In this document: piece by piece, positions 1-9,572 of the stretch
Layout: each line of letters begins with the position of its first letter
Numbering within the stretch: position 1 is the stretch's first letter
Source of the DNA: Candidatus Omnitrophota bacterium
GTDB taxonomy: Bacteria; Omnitrophota; Gorgyraeia; Duberdicusellales; 4484-171
Direction of reading: 5' to 3'
Assembly (NCBI GenBank): GCA_043823745.1
Contig: JBDRAN010000003.1
Span: 66,958 to 130,957 of the forward strand
DNA length: 64,000 nucleotides
Translations under genes and position numbers: made by a program
Notes under the pieces: generated by a model
Told to the model about the DNA's origin: nothing
Databases searched by the model: none
Seen by the model: only the letters and a program-made list of their open reading frames with translations

Positions 1-138
1 ACGGCTCACCGTATAGAAATAACTACGCGCAGGTAGTTTACTACACTCTACGGGAAACGATACACCAGCTCTGAAATCACTTCGACGTTCTTGCATACTA
101 TTCGAAAATAAAAAAATTTTTCATATAATGATACACAA

Positions 139-167
139 AATATAACATACTTTTTGCTGTTTGTCAA
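139..167 (-). promoter_or_regulatory. sigma70-type promoter reading out of the left end of the window
   Basis: Minus strand TTGACA (167-162), 17-nt spacer, TGnTATATT extended -10 (144-139). Confidence 0.6.
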
Positions 168-178
168 ATAAACACCCT

Positions 179-1288
179 CTACGCCCCGCTCCCGAGTCCA
201 GAAACACAAAAACTGCGCAGCGTTCGAGAAACGACGGCAGGCGCAATAGCGTTGATTACCTTGACCTTACCGATGCGACGCAACAACACCATACGCATTC
301 CACCCGATGTAAATTTCTTATCGTACCGCATCGCCTTCAAAACTCCACGCGATGGCTTTGCCCATACAGTTGGCAAGCCGAAAAGTTTAATCGCATGATG
401 CAGTTCGCGTACCGCGGCAGCAGAACAGGTGCCTAAGCTAAAAGAAAGCTTGGCGGCGTAACACATCCCCAGAGCCACCGCCTCGCCATGGGTAAGCTGC
501 GCGTAGGCACCGGAGGCTTCAAGTGCGTGGGCCAGGGTGTGACCAAAATTAAGAATTGTGCGTATCCCCTTTTTTTCCCGCTCGTCGCGCGACACGATAC
601 GAGCCTTAATCGCAACGCAAGACTGAATCACATGATTAAGCGCTTGATACCGCAATGCCAGGATATCAGCCGAATACCGCCGCAGGTAATCAAAAAAGGC
701 GCGATCCTCGATAACACCGTATTTAATCGCTTCAGCCATCCCCTCGCGCACCTGCCGAGGGCCCAACGTCAAAAGAAATGCCGGATCAATAAAAACAGCT
801 TTTGGCTGATAGAATGTCCCAAGTATGTTCTTTGCCTGGGGCAAATCAATTGCGGTTTTACCCCCGATGGAAGAATCGATCTGGGCAAGCAACGTAGTCG
901 GAACCTGGATATACGGTATCCCGCGCTTATACACCGAAGCAGCAAAGCCGCCAACATCTCCAACGGTTCCTCCACCGATACATACAAGAAATAGCGCTTT
1001 TCCGACACCATCAACCTCCAGAAGGCTCGAAATAATTTTGAGAAACTCAGGAAATGATTTTGCTTTCTCTCCGTCATCAACGATAACGATACGGTGCGGC
1101 AGACGGAGGAATGCCGCCTCGATTGTTTTTTTATGAAGGGTATACACTCGGGCCGAGGTAACGATTACCGCGACGTTACCAAGCTTACGCGCGGCCACAA
1201 AAGACCCGATACGGAATACGCAGCGTGCCCCGATATAGATAGGATATGTGTTTTCAGGCGTGCAAACCGTTATTGTCTTACCCGTCAT
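179..1288 (-). CDS. aroB: 3-dehydroquinate synthase
   Basis: GGGTVGDVGGF, PTTLLAQIDSSIGGKT, LNFGHTLAHALE and HGEAV motifs. Confidence 0.96.
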   Translation of the reverse strand: MTGKTITVCTPENTYPIYIGARCVFRIGSFVAARKLGNVAVIVTSARVYTLHKKTIEAAFLRLPHRIVIVDDGEKAKSFPEFLKIISSLLEVDGVGKALFLVCIGGGTVGDVGGFAASVYKRGIPYIQVPTTLLAQIDSSIGGKTAIDLPQAKNILGTFYQPKAVFIDPAFLLTLGPRQVREGMAEAIKYGVIEDRAFFDYLRRYSADILALRYQALNHVIQSCVAIKARIVSRDEREKKGIRTILNFGHTLAHALEASGAYAQLTHGEAVALGMCYAAKLSFSLGTCSAAAVRELHHAIKLFGLPTVWAKPSRGVLKAMRYDKKFTSGGMRMVLLRRIGKVKVINAIAPAVVSRTLRSFCVSGLGSGA

Positions 1289-1905
1289 ATTCTCACGTCC
1301 AGAAATTTAAGCGCTATAGTGAGAAAACTTTCAAGAAACCAATTAAAAATTCCTGCCTGCAGGAGAATAATAATCGCGATAATACCGGCGATTTCCATCT
1401 TCAAATATTTATATGATGCACGCGGCGGAAGAAACGCTGCGACAATTTTTGAACCGTCAAGCGGCGGTATCGGCACCATATTAAAAAACCCAAGCGCGAA
1501 ATTAATAATCATAACCGTAAGTAACGCCTGCGTAAAAAAGGGCCAGCCCGCCTTAAGCAAGAGCGCAAAAAAAATCCCCATAAGCACGTTGACCGCGGGG
1601 CCGGCTAATGCTACCCACATCATGCCACGACGGGGATTACGGAAATGGTACGGATTCACCGGAACCGGCTTCGCGTACCCGAAAGAAAACGAGCCATGAC
1701 TGGCCAACAGAAGCACCACCGGAAGGATCAGGGTTCCAAAAACATCAATATGCCGGAGGGGGTTTAAACTTAAACGACCGGCCTGCCGAGCGGTAGAATC
1801 ACCAAGCTTATCCGCTACCCAACCATGAGAAAATTCATGGACCGTAATGGATAAGAAAAGAAATACGAGCAAAAGAAGAGTTGCAAACCCCGATTCGATA
1901 CTCAC
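1285..1905 (-). CDS. site-2 protease (M50 family membrane metalloprotease)
   Basis: HEFSH, AGPAVN and FNMVPIPPLDGS motifs; hydrophobic segments. Confidence 0.93.
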   Translation of the reverse strand: MSIESGFATLLLLVFLFLSITVHEFSHGWVADKLGDSTARQAGRLSLNPLRHIDVFGTLILPVVLLLASHGSFSFGYAKPVPVNPYHFRNPRRGMMWVALAGPAVNVLMGIFFALLLKAGWPFFTQALLTVMIINFALGFFNMVPIPPLDGSKIVAAFLPPRASYKYLKMEIAGIIAIIILLQAGIFNWFLESFLTIALKFLDVRI

Positions 1906-2579
1906 CGCTTAAAGGATAGTTTTTTGACCACGACGTAATCACAGGTACCTCTTACGCGCCGACCGATAATTCGTACTTTTTTATTAATAAATTTCTGATG
2001 GTGTGGTGAAGAAATTCTTAGGGGGTACTTTTGATCACTTTTCAAAAGGCAATTTGCCGGACACTCACGCTGCGCTTTAAGATACAAAATAACGCCTTCC
2101 TGATGAACGAGGCGCGCGCGGGGCAGGAGCGCGAGTAAATTTCGATGAACCCAGCCTAACACATACGGATACCCGATAACTTTATACCAGCCGTCCACCC
2201 GCTCAATAATACTGAGCACATCGCCTTTTCGCACCGTGCCGAGCACATAGGAGTCAACCCCTGGTTGGCTACGCACATTAAGCAACGAGGCGCTGACACG
2301 GCCCTTGCCGTCACCCATATTTTCAAGAAATTCTGCGGCTACATAACAGGTAAATTTTTTAGGGAGGCGGACGCGGCACCAGCCATACCGTTCCTCAACG
2401 ATCTGGACCTCATCCGATTTCTGAAGCGTTCCAATGACCTCTGACATAGGCGTTGAGTCAACGCGTACGTTAATGTCACTTTTTACCGGATGCGCGATAC
2501 GTGCCGTTGCCGCAAAGAGCGCAGGAACACACAAACACACAATCAAAAATAAAAAACTAACGCGGCTTACTTGTTTCAT
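1902..2579 (-). CDS. secreted protein with two bacterial SH3 (SH3b) domains
   Basis: Signal peptide; two NVR...GW repeats (INVRVDST...GWCRV; LNVRSQPG...GWYKV). Confidence 0.8.
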   Translation of the reverse strand: MKQVSRVSFLFLIVCLCVPALFAATARIAHPVKSDINVRVDSTPMSEVIGTLQKSDEVQIVEERYGWCRVRLPKKFTCYVAAEFLENMGDGKGRVSASLLNVRSQPGVDSYVLGTVRKGDVLSIIERVDGWYKVIGYPYVLGWVHRNLLALLPRARLVHQEGVILYLKAQRECPANCLLKSDQKYPLRISSPHHQKFINKKVRIIGRRVRGTCDYVVVKKLSFKR

Positions 2580-2600
2580 GGCATCGTGAAAGCACAGGTT

Positions 2601-2861
2601 CTATTTCGCTGCTGACTTAGCGCCGCTTGCAGGCTTGATCGCTGACGTTGCGGCGGCAGCTTCGGGCTTGGCTTCCTCTTTTGCCTTTTCTTTCTTGACG
2701 GCCTTAAGCTTAATCACTTTAATCTTTGGAAGGCCAAGAACACGATCTTTTTCCTTCCAGAGGCCTTTTTCCATCAGCCACTTGATCCGCTCGCTGCGTT
2801 TCATAACAGAACGCGACGCGGTCATTTTCTCTGCTCTTTTTAAAGATGAATGTAACCCCAT
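2601..2861 (-). CDS. small basic protein of PVC type (TIGR04137-like) with Lys/Ala tail
   Basis: HSSLK...RSVMKRSERI...W...VLGLPK pattern; GGAGG RBS upstream. Confidence 0.8.
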   Translation of the reverse strand: MGLHSSLKRAEKMTASRSVMKRSERIKWLMEKGLWKEKDRVLGLPKIKVIKLKAVKKEKAKEEAKPEAAAATSAIKPASGAKSAAK

Positions 2862-2903
2862 GTAATACCTCCTTACCGATTGTAATAATTGGATTGAACT
2901 GCG

Positions 2904-3548
2904 CTATGAAAGCGTGCGCACAACACAGGGGCCATACGTTTGTCCAAGCAGTTTTGCGTTGCGTTGCGCTTCCTGCTTACTCTGAAAATCGCCGACAAAA
3001 ACGACGACATATTTGCCTTTTTTTTCTACATACACCGGATACCCCTTATTCGCAAGCTTGCGGGCCTCCCGATTTGCAGAATCTTCCCCGCTATAAGAAG
3101 CAACCTGAATCACGTACCGGGCACCGCGCGCGCTCGCACGGGGGATACCCCTCTTGACGTTACCACTTTTTGCTGTTTCTTTCTTTTCTATCTTGACCAC
3201 CGAGATCGTTTCCGCGGGCTTTTGGTCGACCGGCACCACCACCTCACCTACCCCTCCACTCGCAGGCGTCGAGAGAGCTGTCGCTACCGTGCTGTTTTTA
3301 AACGCAAGCGCCATTACCGTACCATTGGTAAGCGCCTCATCAAGAGACACGTTCTTTACTTTATCGTCAGCATTCAAATAAACAATCTTCCTTCCTCTCT
3401 CCACGCCTAACGAAAACGATAGCGTAAAAAGCAGTACCGCGACGATAAGCAGCAGGATCAGCGTATCCAAAGGTAAAATCACCGTATAGCGTTTCTTGGT
3501 ATTTTTACCCTCGTCAACCCCAAAAAGATGCAGTTGCTTCTCATCCAT
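2904..3548 (-). CDS. membrane-anchored SPOR domain protein
   Basis: Single TM followed by GVERG; C-terminal YVIQVASY...VFVGDF..KQEA. Confidence 0.88.
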   Translation of the reverse strand: MDEKQLHLFGVDEGKNTKKRYTVILPLDTLILLLIVAVLLFTLSFSLGVERGRKIVYLNADDKVKNVSLDEALTNGTVMALAFKNSTVATALSTPASGGVGEVVVPVDQKPAETISVVKIEKKETAKSGNVKRGIPRASARGARYVIQVASYSGEDSANREARKLANKGYPVYVEKKGKYVVVFVGDFQSKQEAQRNAKLLGQTYGPCVVRTLS

Positions 3549-3564
3549 GGCAGTATTATATTAA

Positions 3565-4599
3565 TTATAAGAAGGATTGCAAGTATTTTCTTATCCCCTT
3601 GCGCCTTAATACTTTAAGTAAAGCTTCCACTACCTGGGGATCGAATTGATTTCCGGCCTTACTGCGGAATTCACTCTCGATGGCCTCCAGATACCGTCGC
3701 TTGCGGTAGGGCCGACCGAAAAACATAGCATCGAAAGCATCCAATACAGCCAGAATACGTGATCCCAACGGAATACCATCCTTCTTAAGCTTGCCGGGAT
3801 ACCCTTTACCGTCATAACGCTCATGGTGATGTAAAATTATAGGGATTGCGGGTTTGAGCAATTCTAAATCCTTAATGAGCTCAACTCCTTTGCGCGGGTG
3901 CTTCATTACAAGTTTATACTCCTCGTCAGTGAGCGGTTTTTGTTTCTTTAAAATCTTAGACGGCAACTGGATTTTTCCGGCATCGTGCAGAAGGGACGCG
4001 TACTCGAGGGATTTAATCTCTGACTCAGAAAGCTTCATCTCTTTACCAACAACCTTAATGAGACGAAAAACACTTTTGGTATGTAAATGTGATGTGGGGA
4101 CATACTGATCAAGAAGTTTCGTAAACGATTTCACGTAATTGATCATCGCGCGCCGCGCTTCACGATACAGAGCGAAAATTTTAAGGCCGATGCTTACTTC
4201 TTCACAAATCGAAAGAAACCACCTACGTTCAAACTCATTAAAAATTGCGCCGCGCTCTTTACGTTTAATATAAACAGCCCCCATCGTATCGGAAAAAATA
4301 AACGGGTATACCAGGCGATTATCGAGGAAAATTTCTTTTTCCTGAGTTAGAATATCCCGTTCTCGATGGGTCAGGATAGAAACTCCGCCCTTCTTGATGT
4401 AGTGCGTTTTGTCCTCAAGACGTATCTTAATAAACCCCTGACCGTTGAGGTTTTTGCAGACCATAACGACCTTATCGCTCCGGAAAGCGCCACGATACAC
4501 GCGACAGACGCCGCTTAGGAAATTCGTAACATCAGCGGACGTAGTTACGAGACGATAAATAGTATGGAATGCGGAAAATACAGTTTTATACTTTTTCAT
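3565..4599 (-). CDS. HD-GYP domain phosphodiesterase with N-terminal GAF-like region
   Basis: LLHDAGK, HHHERYDGKGYP, DAFDAM..RPYR; start placed at the ATG overlapping the dgt 3' end. Confidence 0.88.
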   Translation of the reverse strand: MKKYKTVFSAFHTIYRLVTTSADVTNFLSGVCRVYRGAFRSDKVVMVCKNLNGQGFIKIRLEDKTHYIKKGGVSILTHRERDILTQEKEIFLDNRLVYPFIFSDTMGAVYIKRKERGAIFNEFERRWFLSICEEVSIGLKIFALYREARRAMINYVKSFTKLLDQYVPTSHLHTKSVFRLIKVVGKEMKLSESEIKSLEYASLLHDAGKIQLPSKILKKQKPLTDEEYKLVMKHPRKGVELIKDLELLKPAIPIILHHHERYDGKGYPGKLKKDGIPLGSRILAVLDAFDAMFFGRPYRKRRYLEAIESEFRSKAGNQFDPQVVEALLKVLRRKGIRKYLQSFL

Positions 4600-5782
4600 A
4601 AGGGTCAAATAATCGCTTATATTCTTGGAGCGCATACCGGTCGGTCATACCCGCAATATGGTCGCAAATGTTCCGCTTGATGTTCTTGCCCCGCGAGGCA
4701 CCCGGAGGAAGAAGTTCCGGATTATTCAGATATACGCTAAAAAGCTCCGTTACAAAGCGTTTCGCCTTATCGGACATACGTACAACTCTCCAATGACAGT
4801 ACAATCGCTTATACAGAAACGAGCGGAGCTCGGCTCTCAAATCGCGCAATTCCTTTCCGAATGTCACCATTCGATGGGCACATTGTATCACATCGCTCAC
4901 GCTTCTAATATCAAATTTCCTGATATTGGCGATGGTCGTATCTATTAAATTACCCACCTGCAGGTTAATCAGGTTCCTGATCGCCAGATACACGCGTAAT
5001 TCGCGGCTTATATTTGAATACTCATTCTTTATTTGAGCGCACGCCTTATTCCAGAGCGCAACAGACCGTAAGTCATCCTCCGTAAGCATGCCTGATTTTA
5101 TACCGTCATCAAGATCGTGGCTATCGTACGCAATCTCATCGGCAACATCCATGACTTGTGTCTCCAGTAGCGGCTGTTTATGCCCTCGTTTCAGAAATTC
5201 TTTGGGGTACCGATGAACGCGCGTTGTGCTATGCTTAATAATGCCTTCGCGCGTCTCCCAGGAAAGGTTGAGCCCCTTAAAACTTGGATAACGCTCCTCA
5301 AGAATATCCACGACGCGCAACCCTTGAGTATTATGATCAAACCCTCCATCCCGAGCCATAAGGCCATTGAGCGTTGCCTCGACCGCGTGGCCAAACGGAG
5401 TATGCCCCACATCGTGCGCTAAAGAAACAGCCTCCGTAAGGTCTTCATTTAACCCTAATATCTTACTGATCGTACGCGCTATTTGAGTTACTTCGAGCGT
5501 ATGAGTAAGCCGCGTACGGTAGTAATCGCCCTCATGATACACAAAAACTTGCGTTTTATACTCAAGGCGCCTGAAAGCCGCTGAATGAATAATTCTATCT
5601 CTATCACGCTGATAGGCAGAACGATACGGATGCTCCTCCTCCTCGTGAAGCCTTCCTCTGGAGTCACGTGCCTTCATTGCGTACGGTGCAAGCATCCTCT
5701 CCTCGCGCAGTTCGAGCTCCTGACGCGATAGTGCTTTTTCCGAACCAGATATATTTGCAGAACGAAATTTTTGTTTTTTCAT
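4586..5782 (-). CDS. dgt: deoxyguanosinetriphosphate triphosphohydrolase-like HD protein
   Basis: RDRDRIIHSAAFRRL, RTRLTHTLEV, HDVGHTPFGH, IAGMTDRYA. Confidence 0.95.
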   Translation of the reverse strand: MKKQKFRSANISGSEKALSRQELELREERMLAPYAMKARDSRGRLHEEEEHPYRSAYQRDRDRIIHSAAFRRLEYKTQVFVYHEGDYYRTRLTHTLEVTQIARTISKILGLNEDLTEAVSLAHDVGHTPFGHAVEATLNGLMARDGGFDHNTQGLRVVDILEERYPSFKGLNLSWETREGIIKHSTTRVHRYPKEFLKRGHKQPLLETQVMDVADEIAYDSHDLDDGIKSGMLTEDDLRSVALWNKACAQIKNEYSNISRELRVYLAIRNLINLQVGNLIDTTIANIRKFDIRSVSDVIQCAHRMVTFGKELRDLRAELRSFLYKRLYCHWRVVRMSDKAKRFVTELFSVYLNNPELLPPGASRGKNIKRNICDHIAGMTDRYALQEYKRLFDPYEKV

Positions 5783-5794
5783 AGCACGAACTGA

Positions 5795-6274
5795 TCAAAG
5801 AGCATTCTTAAACTTCCGATACAACTCCTCGAGGCTTTGCGAAATCACCTTCGTACGGGCAATGGAGGGCATAAAATTTGTATCCCCAAGCCATCGCGGA
5901 ACACAATGCACGTGCAGATGCCGATCAAGACCGGCCCCGGCGACTTTGCCCATGTTAATGCCGATATTAAATCCCTGGGCTCGTAAAATTTTACGCAAAA
6001 CGGAAACCGTTCGAACTAATGTTTTATTGACGTCGAGAAGCTCTTGATCGCTTAAATGCTCCAATGTCGCTACGTGCCGGTTCGTGACAACCATGACGTG
6101 TCCGTTATTGTAAGGAAAGGCGTTCAGCGCCACATAGCAATGCTTTGAGCGCATCACAACAAAATTGTTACGGCTCGCTCTGTTCTGTTTACGCAGGCGG
6201 CACAAAATACACCCCTTCTGCTTCGCAACCCGCCCAACATATCCGATGCGCCAGGGCGCCCAAAGTTTATTCAA
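5795..6274 (-). CDS. HIT family hydrolase (Ap4A hydrolase/phosphorylase type)
   Basis: LWAPWR, CxxC, FPYNNGH, HLHVHCVPRW. Confidence 0.92.
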   Translation of the reverse strand: MNKLWAPWRIGYVGRVAKQKGCILCRLRKQNRASRNNFVVMRSKHCYVALNAFPYNNGHVMVVTNRHVATLEHLSDQELLDVNKTLVRTVSVLRKILRAQGFNIGINMGKVAGAGLDRHLHVHCVPRWLGDTNFMPSIARTKVISQSLEELYRKFKNAL

Positions 6275-6764
6275 TTTTAATTATCCTCCTCTGGATATGC
6301 ATTCCGCTGATCTCAAGAATACCATATGAGCGATACGGTGAAAATATTTTATCTGTGGGAGAGCCGGGATTAAAAAAAATAGTGCCGTCAATCTCCTGCT
6401 CAGCCGCAAAGTGCGAATGACCATACACAACCATAGCAAGTGACGACACTTCTCCTGAAAATTCACCACAAATATAGTTGATAAGATTCGTGGGAGAGCC
6501 GCGCCCATGGATCAACCCAAGGCGCACCCCCTCAAAGGGAATAATTTGTTTCAAGGGCAGTTTTTCGCATATATCGCGGCCATCAATATTTCCACAGACA
6601 CCGTACGTCTTTGTCAGCGAGGCGAGCTTTCGGAATACATCATAACTAATAAAATCGCCTGCGTGAAAACAGCAATCACTCTTTTTCGCTTCTTCAAGAA
6701 TTACGGTCGGTAAATCGTTTTCTGCAACGGGAATATGGGTATCAGAAAGTACTAGAATTCGCAT
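6267..6764 (-). CDS. metallophosphoesterase (YfcE/MJ0936 family)
   Basis: SDTH, HAGD, GNID, HG, GHSH, NPGS motifs. Confidence 0.93.
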   Translation of the reverse strand: MRILVLSDTHIPVAENDLPTVILEEAKKSDCCFHAGDFISYDVFRKLASLTKTYGVCGNIDGRDICEKLPLKQIIPFEGVRLGLIHGRGSPTNLINYICGEFSGEVSSLAMVVYGHSHFAAEQEIDGTIFFNPGSPTDKIFSPYRSYGILEISGMHIQRRIIKIE

Positions 6765-8355
6765 GTTCGTTTTGGTAATCCTTGTCTTCAGAATGAGGCA
6801 TCATGGGCTTATTATAAAGGGCGCGCAATCTGTTGATGTCGCTGGCATCCCAGGTGACGAGTTTATGGTTTTTAGCGATTAACCGTGCCGAAGAACTAAA
6901 TGAGTCCATGGCAATAAAGATTTTTTTGACGCGCCGACTCCTGAAGCCTCGGGCGCGCTCGATGAATTCGATGACGTCGCCATCCTGAGCCGAACCTTCC
7001 TTGATGGCGGCAAAGATAATTTCTTTGCCCTCCCCAATAAAAATATGGGTATTTTTTTCCGGGTATGAGACTATCTTTGTTTTATGTATCAACGGTAAAT
7101 TATATTTATGCTTTCCGGTACGAATGTAATCATCTTTGAACGCACCCACCAGCTCAAGAACGCGAGTAACGCCGTTTTTGATAAACTCCTCCTTAAAAGC
7201 AACGAAATCATTTTCAACCGTCATCCTCCATGCCGCCTGGGATTTAGTTGAATCGAAGAGCGCCGACAAAAAACGTGGTTTAAAAACACGCGAAAGCCAA
7301 AAAGAAAAAAGTGGATCGCTGATTTTATAAATATCACCATAGCTGGTTATATACTGTGTGTTCACAAGCTTCTCGAGGCGCACGGCAAGACTTTTCGCAT
7401 CACAATCAACCACACTTGCGATCTCCCGCAATCGCGCATAGCCCTGCGCGAGTGCCAATAAAATCCTGATGATCACCGTCGCATCTTTATGGGACACCTT
7501 TACCAGATCGATTCGCTGAATAAACTTCTGAAAAAAATACGCTTCAGGCTCATGCAACGTTTCCGTAAGGATCTTGATCAACGATCCGCCTTCATCATCT
7601 GCGCGATAATGAACGCGGATGGCGCGGGCCATAAGATCGTAATGCATACTATGAGAGCCTACCATATTAACAAAAAAAGCCGTAAATAAAGGCGAGGGCG
7701 AAATGGGCGCAAGAGAATTTTTAAGACATCGGTAGCTGGCAAAAAAGTCTTGTTCACTTATATATAGTTTTTCAAAATTGCCGAAAAGAAGATTGAGCTC
7801 GTTGCCAATAACCTTCTCCGCTCGTGCGGGGGCAGAGGAAGTAAGAACGGTCATGCAACTACGCTGCAAAATTAGAAATTTGGAGAAATCCTGGAAAAAT
7901 GAAGGAAAGAGCTCCGCCAGCGCAAGAAAATCCTCAATGATTAAAATACATTTTTTGCCAGTTTCGTTAATAAATTTGTTAATAACCTCTATGATTTCAA
8001 GAAACGAAACATTCTCTTTTTTGAATAATTCTTTAAGGAGGGAAGCTGTAAGCGGTAGTGTTATCTCGCTTGCGTGCAGGAGCTCATCAAGATTCTTATC
8101 AATCCCGGCGTAATCACGCAAAAGAGAGCACGCAATCGCCCTCAGGAAACCGCGCCGGTCAAGATATCGGGAATAAACACGAACGCACGTAAAATTCTGG
8201 GTGGGCGCGCTGTTAAAATAGCTGGTCAACAAATAACTGATCTCGTCACGATCATCAGCGAGAAGCACTAAATTCTGCCGATACCCCTCGTTAAAAGCTC
8301 TCAGACGTTTATCGAAAACCGAGAGCTTGCTCTCCCATGACCACGGCTCGCTCAT
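6742..8355 (-). CDS. degenerate archaeal-type ATPase with winged helix and restriction-endonuclease-like C-terminus
   Basis: 537-aa ORF; fold-level resemblance only (ILIIEDF, LLFGNF, YKISDPLFSFW); Walker A not intact. Confidence 0.55.
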   Translation of the reverse strand: MSEPWSWESKLSVFDKRLRAFNEGYRQNLVLLADDRDEISYLLTSYFNSAPTQNFTCVRVYSRYLDRRGFLRAIACSLLRDYAGIDKNLDELLHASEITLPLTASLLKELFKKENVSFLEIIEVINKFINETGKKCILIIEDFLALAELFPSFFQDFSKFLILQRSCMTVLTSSAPARAEKVIGNELNLLFGNFEKLYISEQDFFASYRCLKNSLAPISPSPLFTAFFVNMVGSHSMHYDLMARAIRVHYRADDEGGSLIKILTETLHEPEAYFFQKFIQRIDLVKVSHKDATVIIRILLALAQGYARLREIASVVDCDAKSLAVRLEKLVNTQYITSYGDIYKISDPLFSFWLSRVFKPRFLSALFDSTKSQAAWRMTVENDFVAFKEEFIKNGVTRVLELVGAFKDDYIRTGKHKYNLPLIHKTKIVSYPEKNTHIFIGEGKEIIFAAIKEGSAQDGDVIEFIERARGFRSRRVKKIFIAMDSFSSSARLIAKNHKLVTWDASDINRLRALYNKPMMPHSEDKDYQNEHANSSTF

Positions 8356-8362
8356 ATACACC

Positions 8363-8995
8363 CTACTTTAGGTATCGTAACGGGTCTAGTGGATTGTGTG
8401 CGCGCCGAACCTCGAAGTGTAAAACATAGGTACCGTCCTGTCCGCACGCAACTCGAGCAAGTGACTGACCCTGATCAACACGTGCCCCATCTGCAATTGA
8501 AATATCCTGTACCCCTGCATAGACCGTATAAAAATTTGCGGGATGCTCCAAAACAATCGTCTGCCCCCAACCTTTTATATGATCAACAAAAATCACTTTT
8601 CCGGCCGCCGACGCTTTTACGACCTCAAGTGAGCCGACTTTAACATTGAGCCCTTTGTTCTTAAGATTACCCGAGCTTGATCCGAAGGTGCCGACAATCA
8701 CGCCTCGTAACGGCCAACGAAACACACCGCTGCCGAGCGCCTGTATACCGCTTCCTGGAATTCGTATATTTTGCCCCACACGCAACTCTACTCCGGGGGA
8801 AAAATTATTGCTACGACGTAACGCCTCCAAACTAATTCCGTACGTACGCCCGATACTCCATAATGTATCACCCCGCGCAACAACATGCATCTGTATGGCT
8901 GATATGGACGAAGGAACGTAGGGTTGCTGTACTGGTGCGTGATGGGAAACGCAACCGGCAAGCGTGATAATAAAAAATAAAAACAAAATTCTCAT
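8363..8995 (-). CDS. LysM + M23 (degenerate LytM) lipoprotein, NlpD-like
   Basis: Lipobox LAGC; HVVARGDTLWSI LysM; FRWP...LHFEVR...DPLRYL. Confidence 0.88.
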   Translation of the reverse strand: MRILFLFFIITLAGCVSHHAPVQQPYVPSSISAIQMHVVARGDTLWSIGRTYGISLEALRRSNNFSPGVELRVGQNIRIPGSGIQALGSGVFRWPLRGVIVGTFGSSSGNLKNKGLNVKVGSLEVVKASAAGKVIFVDHIKGWGQTIVLEHPANFYTVYAGVQDISIADGARVDQGQSLARVACGQDGTYVLHFEVRRAHNPLDPLRYLK

Positions 8996-9051
8996 ATTAT
9001 CAAAGAAAGCTGGCTACAGTACTATACATTAAATAAGAAAAAAGTTCAACC

Positions 9052-9564
9052 CAGATTTTTCCTAATGAAAAATCTGCCCGAAGGGCCGCCCTTTCAACGA
9101 AAGGGCGGGATTAACCCCGCCCCAATTTTATTGAAAAGGAGAGTAATAAGGAAAATATTTAATTCGTTTATTGGCTTGGACACAACCTCCAAGCTTTTGT
9201 TTATAAAATTGGGGCGGCCATCCTTAATATAAATACTAAGGCAGGCAAAATTTGCGTTGTATCTTTTTGATACACGGGGTTTATCTCTAACCATACGATC
9301 ATACATGAGTTATGAACATTAACAGTTCTTTAACGCAAATTTTGGGTTCAACCGAATTATATCGGGCCATTTATCATATTCCGTATCTCGTCGTTCGTAT
9401 TGCGTCTAAGATGCACTTTAACTATACGCTGCGAATTGGCCCCGTTTTTGCACCCGATAGATTCCCTTGCAATTTCTCGAAATTGCGAAAAAATCAATGG
9501 AGGCAAAAACGGGGATAATTCGACTATGTGATTTTTCTTCGCCTACGGCGTAAAAATCACAGTC
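9052..9564. repeat. cluster of long inverted repeats (possible structured RNA or MITE-like relics)
   Basis: Perfect IRs 9052-9061/9067-9076, 9086-9095/9099-9108, 9117-9131/9203-9217, 9246-9258/9332-9344, 9440-9451/9503-9514, 9527-9536/9552-9561. Confidence 0.7.
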
Positions 9565-9572
9565 TCATTAAA

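Noticed and set aside
1-110. Hairpin AACTAC/GTAGTT and possible RNA at the window start
   Set aside because: Truncated by the window edge and not matched to any family by eye
9117-9522. Integron attC sites or prophage att site at tRNA-Gly
   Set aside because: Arms lack the RYYYAAC...GTTRRRY arrangement; no integrase, cassette ORFs or duplicated tRNA 3' end seen
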